Source of the DNA: Tubiluchus corallicola
Taxonomy: Eukaryota; Animalia; Priapulida
Reading direction: 5' to 3'
Assembly (NCBI GenBank): GCA_030141605.1
Contig: JAQGDQ010000083.1
Location: 248,001 to 312,000 of the forward strand
Length of the DNA: 64,000 bases
Below are positions 45,480 through 57,210 of the stretch, piece by piece; the first letter of the stretch is position 1, and each line of letters begins with the position of its first letter. The notes beneath the pieces were generated by a model. That model was not told the origin of the DNA, made no database searches, and was given only the letters and a program-made list of their open reading frames with translations. A program made the translations under genes and the position numbers.

Positions 45480-45703
45480 CTGGTGAGCATTTTTGGATTG
45501 GTTTAATGGACATACACGAGGAGGGTGACTGGAGGTGGTTTGCAACAGGTCGACCTGCCCTTTTTACTTCTTGGGATGTAGCAGATGGCCAACCAGAAAA
45601 TTACGGCGATGGCGAAAGCTGCGCCATCTTGCGGGCAAATGGGAACACGTGGAATGACTTCTCGTGTGATACAGCAAAATTTCCGTATATTTGTGAATTC
45701 TAG
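45480..45703 (+). CDS. C-type lectin domain, terminal exon (upstream exons not identified)
   Basis: After a polypyrimidine tract and AG: GEHFWIGLMDIHEEGDWRW..FTSW..GQPENYGDGESCAIL..WNDFSCDTAKFPYICEF*. This has WIGL, QPEN, WND and the terminal CTLD cysteines. Confidence 0.8.
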
Positions 45704-45974
45704 GCGACAAGCTAGATTACTTATCACGGAAATCCGAATTTTTGTCTTTTTTTAACTCGTTCACTTCCGTTCTTGAAAAAGTAAAAAAATCGAATCGATA
45801 TAGGCTAATATTAAACATGTTTGTATACTGTTGTTACTGATTTGCATACTGATTGTTAATAAACGAAACTTAGTGTGGATTTTACTGGTATTTGAGGACA
45901 ATTTATACGCATTAGTACATGTTCCTATGTAGCAAGTTTGCAATTCTTGTATATCACGCGCATCTGCTTATACA

Positions 45975-46212
45975 CAATTACGGCGTTGAAAATACCGGTT
46001 GTTCAAAACAGGTTGATGACAAGGGTTCTCGTCTGATCACCGAAGTTAAGCAACGAAGAGGCGGGTTAGTACTTGGATGGGTGACCGACAAGGAATACTA
46101 GGTTCAAATCACGTTGAAGACACCGGTTCTCTTCTGATCACCGAAGTTAAGCAACGAAGAGGGGGGTTAGTACTTGGATGGGGGACCAACAAGGAATACC
46201 AGGTGCTGCAGG
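45975..46212 (+). pseudogene. Two tandem 5S-derived copies (retrocopies or SINE3-like), different sequence type from the array
   Basis: ggttctcgtctgatcaccgaagttaagcaacgaagaggcgggttagtacttggatgggtgacc occurs twice. The strand is opposite to the array, there is no T-run terminator, and it runs into (GTGA)n. Confidence 0.85.
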
Positions 46213-46217
46213 AGTAA

Positions 46218-46334
46218 GTGAGTGAGTGAGTGAGTGAGTGAGTGAGTGAGTGAGTGAGTGAGTGAGTGAGTGAGTGAGTGAGTGAGTGAGTGAGTGAGTG
46301 AGTGAGTGAGTGAGTGAGTGAGTGAGTGAGTGAG
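46218..46334. repeat. (GTGA)n microsatellite
   Basis: Perfect run. Confidence 0.97.
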
Positions 46335-47710
46335 GTAAAGTAAGAGTAACTTTACAGAGATGATCAATCAGTGTTAGTTAATAAAAACTTACACTGCTAA
46401 ACTTACTGTGCAGTAATGACGAATAAAATCAAGCATATTTACAACTATGAACAAAAAACGAAAAAAGTATGATTTAATTAATATGGCCGTGGATATATAA
46501 ATTCTGAATTAGTGTGTATGTTGTCGTACTGGTGTGATGATATTTCATATTAGGTTAATATTAGTTATTTTAATTTTGTTTTAAATGCTGATAGGGACTT
46601 GATTTGTTTAACCTGTAATGGTAGAGAATTCCAAAGTAGAATTGCTTGTTTGATTACAGAGTTCGTTCCATAGTGGGTATTTGTCCTAATTTGTTTTAGA
46701 TTGCTTGTTCTGGAATTAACGATTAGACTTGGAAAAAAGGTAAATCTGTTATTCCGGAATGGTTTGCTGATGTTGTTAATGTATTTAAATGTAAAAAGCA
46801 GAGTAAAATATTCTTTGTGTGCTTCAATGATTGGGAATTTTTACGTTTTTCTCAGGTTAGTTGTTGAAGCTTTAAATTTTTGTCTACCTGCCTTACGTTT
46901 GTATGAGTACCCAGCTATTAATCTCAACACATAGTTCTGAAGGAGATTTAATTTTAAGTAATTTTCTCTTTTGGTTTTTTGAAGTAGCGTACATCCATAT
47001 AAGAAGTGTGGTAGAACTAAAGTTTTATATATTAGTGACTTAGTTTCCTTTATTAGCTGCCCTTTAACTTGTCGGAGATATGATGTGCTTGATGCCATTT
47101 TTGTGTATATGTTATTAAAGTGTCATCCCGTGAAAGATTATTGTCTACCTGTATGCCCAGAAATTTATCATTATTAGTTTGTTTGATTACAGCATTATCT
47201 ATTGTCAAAGTGGTTGATGATGCATCATTAGTATTTAATGAGGGTGACAGTATCATGGTTTATGTTTTGTCATTATTCATATTTAGCTTGTAATGACTAA
47301 ATGCCGTATTTATATTTTTTATATCTTTTTCTAAATAAATTTTTGCAGTTTGGATATTTTCATGGGCTATGTAGATTGTAGTGTCATCAGCGTTATTTGT
47401 GAGTGTTGTAATACACTGGATATGTTGTTTATATATAGGCAAAATAATAAAGTAGTAGTGTTCCTTGCGGTATACGTCTGTTTAACGTTGCCCAGTCAGA
47501 AAAGTTGGTTGTATCATTACTCGTTCTTGTCCATCTTTGAGATGATTTTCTATCAGTTTTAACGATATCGAATAAAATCTGATTTGTTTTAAGTTATCGT
47601 AAAGTAGTTCGAGCGTTAATGCTATCGAATGCTTTACTTAAATCCAAAAATGCCGCTAAAATGTATTGCTTGTTGTCTAAACTATGTCTCCAATTTTCTG
47701 TTGAGCACAA
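46335..47710 (-). mobile_element. Decayed CR1/L2-clade LINE reverse transcriptase
   Basis: Fragmented frames: AFLDLSKAFDSI (~47600-47660), ADDTTIYI..KLNMNNDKT, KFLGIQVDNNLS, LIYKTLVLPHFLYGC. Confidence 0.88.
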
Positions 47711-48981
47711 TTAACTACAAATCACTTACCCCCTGTACCCTTCAAGTTTTTTTAGGGAAAATAATTATCAGTATCAACAAAACACATGCATTCAAATAAA
47801 AGGCGTTTTTCCAACCTTCCACTAACGTTAATTTACACTGGTAATGCACAGAGACGTCATTGTTTTTCTGTTTGTTTCATATTCAGTAACTGCCTTGCTA
47901 GGGCTTTAAATTACATGCGCGGTCTCTCAGGACAGAAAACAACACTTTTATTTTGATGGGTGACAGAAGGTTGTTCGTTAAAAATCCGGCTGCTACTGCT
48001 GCTGCTGACTTCAGGTATCTGTGATTAAGAGCTTGACTCTCATGGTCACCAGCCGATGGAAGTATTTAAGGCGTGATGAGACCGGTGTTGCTACCATACG
48101 CCTGTCGTCTGTGGTACCACACGAATCTCAACTCAACTTATAATTGTAAGTATTTTTTACTATTACTAAAGTAAGCATTTTGAAGTTTTAGTATATGACC
48201 TAGTCATCTTACGAACTGCGTTTTTTATCGTTACAAACGGCAACTTTTTTTAAAATGTTTGAAAGATTTCTTGGTAATACATTCAGTGGTATTTTTTGAA
48301 GAGTAAACTTACAAGATGTTTCGTTTTATCTTAACATTTACGACAAACTTTATCTACAATATAGGAGTAGCAAGATTGAGACGAAATTATTTTACATTTT
48401 GAAACGTACGAGTCAGTAAGGGAAACTGTTTGAAAACGTAAAATGTACATACCTATCCCCGTTTTTGTCTCTTTTAGCTTTTCGAGTTTGTTTAATTTTT
48501 GCTAAGAAGGAAATTTAGCACAAATGTCTTAATTTATTGCAAATTTTACATAATACGTTTACCTCTAAGCCATCAAAATATTGAACGTATCAAAATTCTG
48601 TTTTAAACGGTTTCCGCTACTAAACCGGCATAATCTAAACTTAATCCAGGCGTTCATTGATGCTTCACAGTCTTTTTGCGACTGCTTAACTTTGGCTACC
48701 AAAGAAATTTAGCACAAACTGACTAATTGTCTTCTTTTTTGCGAAATTTAGTATAATACATGTTGTACTAATACATGTATCAAACACTTTATTTAACCCT
48801 TGATCAGCATTAGGTGAGTTTTCATCACTTTTGATTGCAGTCTCTTCACCAAACAACATTGATCATTAGAGCATTGTCAGTTTTATGCTAAAATAATTTG
48901 GAAAATGACAATTATTGATTTTTTATCGAATGCCCATTCAAGTTCTAGTTTGTTAATTAAATATTTTTTCTTGTTAGGAAA

Positions 48982-49933
48982 ATGAAGATCACTCTAGCTT
49001 TCCTCCTTGCCGTTTTGGTAAGTCGTCTATGGACGGAATTTCACAATTTAGCCAATTGTTCATGTTCGAGTACCACACCTAGTTAATTTACATTCACGTT
49101 TCTATTTAATACAACGTAGCCTTTACTGCATCAATCAAAGTACGTCGACACATGTACTTGGCATTGGTTTGTGTTAGCCAACAACATTTCAGTCAAACTA
49201 TTTAATTACATTTGGAGACAAAAGAAGTTAAAAGAACAAGAAGTTTTTATTTGTATAACAGTTTCATTGATAATACATTTGTACAACAGTTTCATTGATA
49301 AGTTCATTTGTACAACAGTTTCATTGATAAGTTCATTTGTACAACAGTTTCATTGATAAGTACATTTGTACAACAGTTTCATTGATAGTTCATTTGTACA
49401 ACAGTTTCATTGATAAGTTTATTTGTACAACAGTTTCATTGATAAGTACATTTGTACAACAGTTTCATTGATAAGTTTATTTGTACAACAGTTTCATTGA
49501 TAAGTACATTTGTACAACAGTTTCATTGATAGTTCATTTGTACAACAGTTTCATTGATAGTTCATTTGTACAACAGTTTCATTGATAAGTTCACGTGTAC
49601 AACAGTTTCATTGATAAGTTCATTTGTACAACAGTTTCATTGATAATACATTTGTAGGTTGCTGTAGTCAGTGCCAGCGGATTTTATGGTGGCAGCTACG
49701 GACGAGGCTTGGGCTATGGACGTGGCCTTGGCTATGGACGTGGATTAGGTTACGGATATGGAAGTGGATACGGTGGATTTGGTGGATATGGCGGTGGTTA
49801 CTACGGACGTGGATATGGTGGATTTGGTGGATATGGTGGATATGGCCGTGGTTACTACGGACGTGGATACGGTGGACTTGGTGGCTACGGACGTGTATCT
49901 TATGGCCGTGGATACGGTGGTGGTTTCTGGTAA
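48982..49933 (+). CDS. Secreted Gly/Tyr/Arg-rich low-complexity protein (103 aa)
   Basis: Coding exons 48982-49017 and 49658-49933 (phase 0, GT-AG) give MKITLAFLLAVLVAVVSA|SGFYGGSYGRGLGYGRGLGYGRG..YGRGYGGGFW*. A probable non-coding exon ends at 48145 (gtaagt) after a TATA-like tatttaa at ~48063. AATAAA occurs at ~50245 and ~50342. Confidence 0.88.
49249..49655. repeat. 29-bp minisatellite (~14 copies) abutting the 3' splice site
   Basis: Unit tttgtacaacagtttcattgataagttca; the last unit ends in the acceptor tttgtag. Confidence 0.93.
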
Positions 49934-51428
49934 ATCCTGTGATTCCCAAGTTGAACATAGATTGAACATTCTTTTTACAATACTTCTACAGTTATGGACA
50001 GTAGAATAGTTCTTCAACAGATCCGGAGTCCATCCGTGCTTGACGTAGATCCACTTCTCCTTGATATATCCACGTTTGTTTCAGATCCACTTGTAGCTGT
50101 TATATTTCAGACTGCCTTTTCAATGTTTTTCTAATGTAAAAGATGTAAATGCTAGTCTAAGTTATCTTTACTATATCTGTATGTGAAGGTAAAATATTCC
50201 CTTGTTTCGATTCGAGTCGTTTTGAGGATTCTCCATACAAAGAAAATAAATTAAAAGTTAATCGCTGCACGTTTATCATGAGACGTTAAAAATAGAAATC
50301 TAAATCGGTTGTGTATAATTCTGAAACTCTTCTTTGTGAGAAATAAATTTTTGTAAAAAAGAACAGCAAAATTGTCAATATGATAATTGTTATATTATAT
50401 TAACATTATAATATATTAACAATAAGTTCTACAGTTAATAGAAATTAATGAAAAGTAAAGTACAAATAGCACAAATAACTATAAAAATGTGAACTAAGGT
50501 TTGTATGCAAATGCAAACATAAGCAGCTAAATTTAGTAAAGGTACAAAGCTTACAAAGTAATAACATAAAGACGTACATGATTTTTATATTGAAGACCAG
50601 ATAATACACAGAAATCTGTTACATGGAAAACAGCTATACAAGGGACAAAGAGCGAAATCACGAACACAATTGACTAATTACATTAATGGAACACATGTAA
50701 TGCCTTATATCTGAGAAATATCCCAACAATATCAAGCGGCAAAATACAGTTAACGCGAAAGTGTCATGGAAACAAATTAAACTTGAAAATTAATCAGTCA
50801 AATAAAAGAAAACACACAATCAACTCACTACTCTGCAAAGCACCTAAAAAGCTTTCCAAGTAAGCAAGCTAGGAGACATGCATCCAGTGTACAACACGAC
50901 AAGCACATTCAGAACTACACCTACTTCTCAATCAGTCAACCAACCAATCGGTTGTCTGAACAACCGACTTACTCACCAAACAACCAATCAACCAATGTCT
51001 GACAGCTAGTATGCCACCCAACCAACCAATCAAGCAGAGAACAAAGAACAGACAGAGAAACTGTTTATCAGACAACAATTATACAAGGAAGTAATGGAAA
51101 AACAGGCGAATATGTGGGATTGTAATCACAGCATATGTCACAAAGCAACTACATTATAGCAATTACTGAAGTTAATTAGCTAAGTCTCTTGGTGTAACCG
51201 AAGGTCTTTAATGCAGCTAATCGCATTGATTCTAAGCTTTTTTCTGTGTAATTTTCTGAGCTGCTGATAATTCGTCGAAGTCTGCAGCATCTTGCAGTGG
51301 ACTTTGGTTGCATGAATCCGTAATTTTTTGCAAAAAATCCATGCCACGATTTTTCTCCATTGTTTTTGCTGACAATGGCAGTAAATGACCTTTTACTTTT
51401 AAGTATACGAAGTCTTGGTTTTAAAGCT

Positions 51429-52199
51429 CAATAGTGCACAGTAGACAATAGTGCACTGTAGACAATAGTGCACGGTAGACAATAGTGCACGGTAGACAAT
51501 AGTGCACAGTAGACAAGAGTTCACTGTAGACAATAGTGCACAGTAGACAATAGTGCACAGTAGACAAGAGTGCACAGTAGACAAGAGTGCACTGTAGACA
51601 ATAGTGCACAGTAGACAAGAGTTCACTGTAGACAAGAGTGCACAGTAGACAATAGTGCACAGTAGACAATAGTGCATGGTAGACAATAGTGCACGGTAGA
51701 CAATAGTGCACAGTAGACAAGAGTTCACTGTAGACAATAGTGCACAGTAGACAATAGTGCACAGTAGACAAGAGTGCACAGTAGACAAGAGTGCACTGTA
51801 GACAATAGTGCACAGTAGACAAGAGTTCACTGTAGACAATAGTGCACAGTAGACAATAGTGCACAGTAGACAAGAGTGCACAGTAGACAAGAGTGCACTG
51901 TAGACAATAGTGCACAGTAGACAATAGTGCACAGTAGACAATAGTGCACAGTAGACAAGAGTGCACAGTAGACAAGAGTGCACTGTAGACAATAGTGCAC
52001 AGTAGACAATAGTGCACTGTAGACAATAGTGCACAGTAGACAAGAGTGCACAGTAGACAAGAGTGCACTGTAGACAATAGTGCACTGTAGACAATAGTGC
52101 ACTGTAGACAAGAGTACACTGTAGACAAGGGTGCACTGTAGACAATAGTGCACAGTAGACAAGAGTGCACTGTAGACAAGAGTGCACTGTAGACAATAG
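51429..52199. repeat. 17-bp minisatellite (~45 copies)
   Basis: Unit gtgcac(a/t)gtagacaa(t/g)a, head-to-tail. Confidence 0.96.
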
Positions 52200-52264
52200 T
52201 CTACATTGCTTAACTTCGGTGATCAGACGATTACTGGTGTATTCAATGTGATATGGCCGTAGAC
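52199..52264 (-). pseudogene. 3'-truncated 5S rRNA copy
   Basis: Only the 5' ~65 nt of 5S remain, fused to the minisatellite. Confidence 0.85.
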
Positions 52265-53103
52265 ATTAGGAGTTTCTTAAGACGAGTTAACATAGAAATG
52301 ATGTACATGAACAAGCAAACCTTTTTAGTATTGTAATGCAAAGTATAAATAAAAATATAACATGAAATTATAAAGTATCAGGGAGGTTGAAATACCGAGC
52401 TCAAGTATATTACCTTCTAAATATGACATAATTAAACATGAGAATGATCAAGCATGAACAAGCAAAAATATTCTTCATTTAAAAATATTTGTCAGAACAA
52501 AAATCCATTTTTGAGTGGTGAAGAAGATCTTACAGCATTTTTCATCACCCTTCCTGACCATTTAAAAAAGTCTAAGCACCAAGTTAAGAAGTTACCAGCA
52601 TCAGCAGTCGCCGGGCAGTCACCCATTCAAACGCAAAACCAAACCAGGTTCGAGGTTGCTTAACTTCTGCATTTCGTTAAAAAGAGATAATATAGAAACA
52701 GTAGATAGATTACGGTGAACGTAGTAACAAAGTACCTGTTTTGATTTTTTATGAAAATCAAAAATCAGTTTTGAAGGGCAGTGGCTGATTTTCTACGCAT
52801 ACTACGATTACTACGATTTCCAAGCATAACAAAGTACCTGTTTTGATTTTTTATGAAAATCAAAAATCATTTTTGAAGGGCAGTGGCTGATTTTCTAGTT
52901 TATTTTCATTTTTCCTTACCTTGTGTAACATTCGAGAAACGTAACAAATAGATAGTTTTTCACATTAAAATGCAAAAAAATAAAAATCAACGTAAGGTCG
53001 AGACAGACATTTATTTCCACCACTTCAACTTCCAAAAATCAAAGACAATCTAAAGTGTTCGTGTTGTGCACACACTTCGCTAGATAATTGTCAATCACTA
53101 AAA

Positions 53104-53222
53104 AGACTACAGCACGTGGTATTCCTAGGCGGTCACCCATCCAAGTACTAACCACGCTCTACATTGCTTAACTTCGGTGATCAGACGAGAACCGGTGTAT
53201 TCAATGTGATATGGCCGTAGAC
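53104..53222 (-). rRNA. 5S rRNA gene
   Basis: 119-nt match to the array consensus, one change near the 3' end, T-run terminator. Confidence 0.92.
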
Positions 53223-53552
53223 ATTAGCAGTTTCTTAAGACGAGTTAACATAGAAATGATGTACATGAACAGCAAATATTTCTAGTATTGTAATGCAAAG
53301 TATAAATAAAAATATCACATGAAATTGTAAAGTATCAGGGAGGTGGAAATACCGTGCTCAAGTATATTGCCTTTTAAATATGACATAATTTACAAGTCCT
53401 GGGCAGTCACCCATTCAAACGCAAAACCAGGTTCGAGGTTGCTCAACTTCTGCATTTTGTTACAGACAGATAACGTAGAAATAATGGATAGATTAAGCGA
53501 AACACAAGAACAAGGTAAACTGTTTTGATTTTTTTTTATAAAAATCAAAAAT

Positions 53553-55611
53553 CATCTTTGGGGGATACCAACCAGTAGATGAATTTCTCGTGGATTGCCA
53601 CAAAGAATCTCTGGGTCACCTAGGATCATGCCCTTTAAGTCTCCTAACCAATCACCCTCAGAACATGCCGGAAAGGGTCTCACTAGTTTATCTTGGGTGG
53701 TGGCATTAAAGGTCACAATTTTTCCTGTATTTGTTCGAAGTTTAGCACGAACAATGTGGCATTTCTGTTGCGGTGTGCTAAGTCCACCCATAATAGCTAA
53801 CGAAAGATTACGCTCGCCTATAATTTCGCAACCTGCTCGCTCTGCAACATCACACAAAATAAGAGAGGTAGTGGCACCAGGATTTATAAAAACACGAATA
53901 GGAATTGACGATTTGGTATCTTCCAAAACAGCAGTCGCAGTCATTAAGAACACAACATTCGTACAAAAAGACTGTAAATGAACTGATGGAACATCAACAC
54001 TTGCATCAGAAGTATTTGAACCTCTTTTAACATAAGGACTCACCTGGAAGCAGCCAGCAATTGAATTGCACAATAAATAATGATGCCATTTACTACATCG
54101 GTTGCATGGAGGTTTACGGCAAGTATCAGCTCTGTGGTTTAAACCAAGACACAAAAAACAACGGTGCTGCTCAGCAACCTTCTGTTTTCGCTCTTGCAAA
54201 GTCTTAGTAGGAAGAGACGCACAATCAAGCCACATATGTTGAGCTCTGCCACAAAATAAACAATGGGAATTCTTTGAAGCTGTAGGCGCATTTTTGGTGT
54301 TTCCACAAAAATCACTAGACTGAAGAAGAGAAACTGAATCTAGGGTGCTCCTCACACCTAAATTCTTATACCCAGCACGACGACTAAATTCACCAGACTC
54401 TCTATGGCGAGTATATGAAGCAGCCTTTCGTCTAATATCAACTTCGCTTTTCATGAACTGTCGAAATTTTTCAAAGCATGTTGTGTCATCTTCACGCTGT
54501 CATCTTCACGCCTTCTCATTCACTCCCATTCAACACGCCAAGCATATGGAATTTTTGCTAGAAAGAGAGGTTTTAGGGTTTTACCTAATTCTTCTGTACT
54601 AAGTCCCATTGCACTGAGGCCTCTTATAACAACTTCAAGCTCATCTACAAAACTTCCTTGTGCTTCAATATTTTTCGAATCGGTGATGGGCTTTAACTGC
54701 CACAGTTTTTTTAACAATGACATCTCGATTGCGTCTTTATCACCAAATCTCTCCTTTAACAAAGAAACAGCTTCCTTATAATTGCCATCTACAGGCTGCA
54801 GGCCATCTATCACATGAGCAGCTTCACCTTTAAGTAAGCTCTTTAAGTAAACAAGTTTATGAACGTCTGGTACAGGTTTAGCATCCACAGAGGCAACGAA
54901 CATGTCCCAAAATTCGTAAAACTTCAATGGGTCACCACTGAAAGTTGGCAGTTGCAATTTAGGTAGTTTTATGTTGGTGACTTCTGCACCGACTACATTA
55001 TTAGTTGGTAAATTCGCTGCACTTTCACTACGTGCTAAATCACAGTTATTCACTCGTCGCAAGACAAAATCATTATCACTTGCATGTCGCTGGAAATCAC
55101 TAGGACTACATGGTCTTGAATCTGGTTTTAGCAAACTTAGTGCCTGAGCAGAAATTAATTCCGCTGTGTTGATTAATTCACTTGCCTCTATAATCGCTTG
55201 TTCAAGTTCTTCACCTTCTAAATAATCTTCTAACTACACTTCTGTTTCATTAAAGGTGGCAATATATTTTCCAAGGTTCTCTAATTTTTGCTGAACAAAC
55301 ACAAAGTTAGGCGTTTCACTAGACATCGCCTCTTTTAGTAATTTTATGCCAGTCTTCACCCAACCCTTGGATCTACTTCTAGAGTGTTTAATTTTATCAC
55401 ACTCAGCCATACTCATCTAAAGGTCTCTTTTCCCGGCAGTTCCGTACCAAAATATAAATACAATCACGGATAAGTTCCAATTATTTAATACAAAAAGATT
55501 TATTTAAAACTGTAAATTGTTTATCACGCATAAAATCGAATTTTGCCACTGGAACAAAAATGGCGCACACATGTGGAACAAAAAAACACAATATGCAAAA
55601 TCTTCGTGACA
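53553..55611 (-). mobile_element. Truncated BEL/Pao LTR retrotransposon (5' LTR-like end, PBS, gag, protease)
   Basis: Starts TGTCACG at 55611, with PBS-like TGGTACGG at ~55449. Gag has in-frame stops and a DUF1759-type KLPKLQLPTFSGD..WDMF..KLVYLKSLLKGEA..LLKERFGD region. Three CCHC knuckles (CLFC..H..C, CFLC..H..C, CNRC..HHYLLC) and a protease RVFINPGATTSLI..HLLVG follow. RT and IN are missing. Confidence 0.9.
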
Positions 55612-55974
55612 TAGTTTTACAAAAATATCTGTCAGAACAAAAATCCATTTTTGAGTGTTGAAGAAGATTTTACAGCTTTTGTCAGAACCCTTCCCGTCCA
55701 TTTAAAAAAATGTAAGCCAAGGGCAGTCACCCATTCAAACACAAAACCAAACCAGGTTCCAGGTTGCTTAACTTCTGTATTTCGTTGAAAAGAGATAATA
55801 TAGAAATAATAGATAGATTAAGGTGAACGTAGGAACAAAGTATCTGTTTTGATTTTTTATGAAAATCAAAAATAATTTTTGAAGGGCAGTGGCTGATTTT
55901 CTAGTTTTATTTTCATTTTTCTTCACATTGTGTAATATTCGAGAAACGTAGCAAATAGATAGTTTTTGACATTA

Positions 55975-56222
55975 TCCGACATACGAACACGATGATACTT
56001 ACTCAAATCATAATTTCATTTTTCCTAGACCTTACTAAACTAGTTTATATTTTATTTTTTGAATTTCTAGTTGCACTTATAGTTTAGCTTGCACCAGACG
56101 CATTTGCCTAGAACAGTGTATGTTTTTTATATGGACTAACACTGATTGTCTGTCTTTTAATATGATGGTCAATGTTTTATAATGGCGAATAAAGATTTTA
56201 CTACTACTACTACTACTACTAC
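55975..56222 (+). mobile_element. 5'-truncated LINE 3' UTR insertion with TSD inside a 5S spacer
   Basis: AATAAA plus a (TAC)n tail; ~19-bp TSD tagatagttttt/agacatta at 55956-55974 and 56223-56241. Other spacer copies lack it. Confidence 0.85.
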
Positions 56223-56387
56223 TAGATAGTTTTAGACATTAAAATGCAAAGCAAATAAAAATCAACATAATGTCGAGACAGACACTTATTCCCACCACTT
56301 CGACTTCCAAAAATCAAAAACAATACTGTTAAAATGAAACGGTCGTGTTGTGCACACACTTCGATAGATAATAGTCACTAGCTAAAA

Positions 56388-56506
56388 AGTCTACAGCACG
56401 TGGTATTCCTAGGCGGTCACCCATCCAAGTACTAACCACGCTTTACATTGCTTAACTTCGGTGATCAGACGAGAACCGGTGTTTTCAATGTGATATGGCA
56501 GTAGAC
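56388..56506 (-). rRNA. 5S rRNA gene (3 substitutions)
   Basis: Full-length 5S with a T-run terminator. Confidence 0.9.
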
Positions 56507-57210
56507 ATTAACAGTTTCTTAAGATGAGTTAACATAGAAATGATGTACATGAACAAGTAAACCTTTTTAGCATTTTAATGCAAAGTATAAACAGAAATAT
56601 CACATGAAATTATAAAATGTCAGGGAGGTTGAATACCGTGCTTAAGTATATTACCTTCTAGATATGACATAATTAAACATGGGAATGATCAAGCATGAAC
56701 AAGCAAAAAGATTCTTCATTTAAAAATATTTGTCAGAACAAAAATCCATTTTTGAGTGGTGAAAAAGATCTTACAGCATTTGTCATCACCCTTCCTGATC
56801 ATTTAGAAAAATGTAAGTACCGGGCAGTCACCCATTCAAACGCAAAACCAGGTTTGAGGTTGCTTAACTTCTGCATTTTGTTATAGACAGATAATATAGA
56901 AATAATAGATAGATGAAGGTGAACGTAGTAACAAAGTATCTGTTTTGATTTTTTATGAAAATCAAAAATCATTTTTGAAGGACAGTGGCTGATTTTCTAG
57001 TTTTATTTTCATTTTTCCTTACTTTGTATAATATTGGAGAAATGCAACAAGTAGATAGTCTTTCACATTAAAATGCAAAAAAAATCAACATAATGTCGAG
57101 ACAGACATTTATTTTCACCACTTCAACTTCCAAAAATCAAAAACAATACTGTCAAAATGAAACGGTCGTGTTGTGCACACACTTTGATAGTTAATAGTCA
57201 CTAGCTAAAA

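Noticed and set aside
49624-50017. Alternative-frame ORFs over the G/Y/R exon (Trp-rich, His-rich antisense)
   Set aside because: Shadow frames of repetitive Gly/Tyr codons. Only the Gly-rich frame splices in frame to a signal peptide.
51399-52196. Cys-rich 250-265 aa ORFs
   Set aside because: A 17-bp minisatellite open in multiple frames, with no signal peptide or splice support.
52454-52663. Recurrent short ORF MNKQ..KNPFLS..LPDHL in 5S spacers
   Set aside because: The C-terminus and frame differ between copies; similarity reflects repeat homogenisation, not coding constraint.
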